From contig CAVUHW010000037.1 of the NCBI GenBank assembly GCA_963741205.1, positions 1-19,659 of the forward strand: a DNA stretch of 19,659 nucleotides, read 5' to 3'. The notes beneath the pieces are model-generated. The model ran no database searches and was not told the origin of the DNA. It worked only from the letters and a program-made list of their open reading frames with translations. A program made the position numbers and the translations under genes. Source of the DNA: Nitrospirota bacterium (GTDB lineage: Bacteria; Nitrospirota; UBA9217). Below are positions 18,965 through 19,659 of this stretch, in pieces (positions within the stretch are counted from its first letter, which is position 1; each line of letters opens with the position of its first letter).

Positions 18965-19659
18965 TCAGAACGCCACCTTAAACGTCCTCAGTATCCAATT
19001 CGACGCCCCGCCTACGGCAAAAGCAAAGGGGAAGATGAAAGCCACCATATAAAGGCCGGCCTTCATACCCTGTTCCTTCACCATCATGAAGAAGTTCGCG
19101 ATACCGCGAACGAACAGGGATAACCGCGAGGCTCACGACAACCTGGATTGGGTCGAGCAATCCCTGCTTCTGCATCACGAAGAGTCCAGCCGCGCCATAA
19201 TCTCTCCGCAGGAAGCCTATCAGAAAGGCCTCCGCTGCCTTGCTGGAAGATCCAGGATGCCGACAACGAGCGGATCGGGCCGCAACTGGATAGATCCAAG
19301 CGCCCCGACTGGCGTCCCAGGAACAGGACCAACGTCCCGAGGAAAAGATAAGTACCGCCTCCTTCAGATACCACTCGAGCCGGGCTAACGTTAAATCACA
19401 ATGTTCATGAGCTGCGGTACCCGAATCGGAGGCAGTTCGAGGATAAAATCCGAACTGTTTACCGGGGAGGCCTCGCCGCCAAAAACCCCACAAGGAGCAG
19501 GACCCCGACAACCGTCCCAAACCATAGACGGTGGCAAAACCAGAGACGCCGGAGACAGCCGAGAAACACCGAGCTGCGCGGAACAGGGCACCCCGAGCGC
19601 CAGGAGCAGCGTGACGAGCACCCGCTCCTTCCTGGTTTCAAGAATGCGCGTCGTGAGCG
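18965..19659 (-). CDS. feoB: Ferrous iron transporter B, C-terminal part (5' end outside the window; many frameshifts)
   Basis: 'TTRILETRKER', 'LALGVPCSAQLGV', 'FILELPPIRVP', 'FLIGFLRRDYGAAGL', 'IANFFMMVKEQG'; ends 'FKVAF*'. Confidence 0.88.

Overview
Bacterial chromosomal window, GC-rich in coding regions. Gene content resembles Nitrospirota/Desulfobacterota-type anaerobes, but that is only an inference. The sequence behaves like an unpolished long read: many genes carry single-base frameshifts, often at homopolymers, and a 745-nt poly-T run obscures about 0.9 kb. Left to right: (1) a minus-strand block of tetR, a TolC-like stub, mqnA, a CDF metal exporter, a polyprenol-kinase-family gene, tolC, an SRPBCC/CoxG gene and an efflux membrane-fusion protein; (2) a CcoG/FixG-like gene lacking its central ferredoxin segment; (3) two divergent CHRD-domain lipoprotein genes; (4) the most notable element, a minus-strand cluster of Rrf2 regulator, beta-barrel porin, secreted pentaheme cytochrome c and pentaheme lipoprotein cytochrome, resembling a porin-cytochrome extracellular electron-transfer conduit, whose last cytochrome has a class I monoheme domain nested in a diheme repeat; (5) a carboxypeptidase-regulatory-like secreted protein, DUF4416, a single-domain response regulator and a tandem USP; (6) an iron-homeostasis block with feoB (partial), a DtxR/FeoA-domain regulator, a 17/19 Fur box, an obscured gene, an outer-membrane barrel and bacterioferritin. 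No rRNA, tRNA, CRISPR array or mobile element was recognised.
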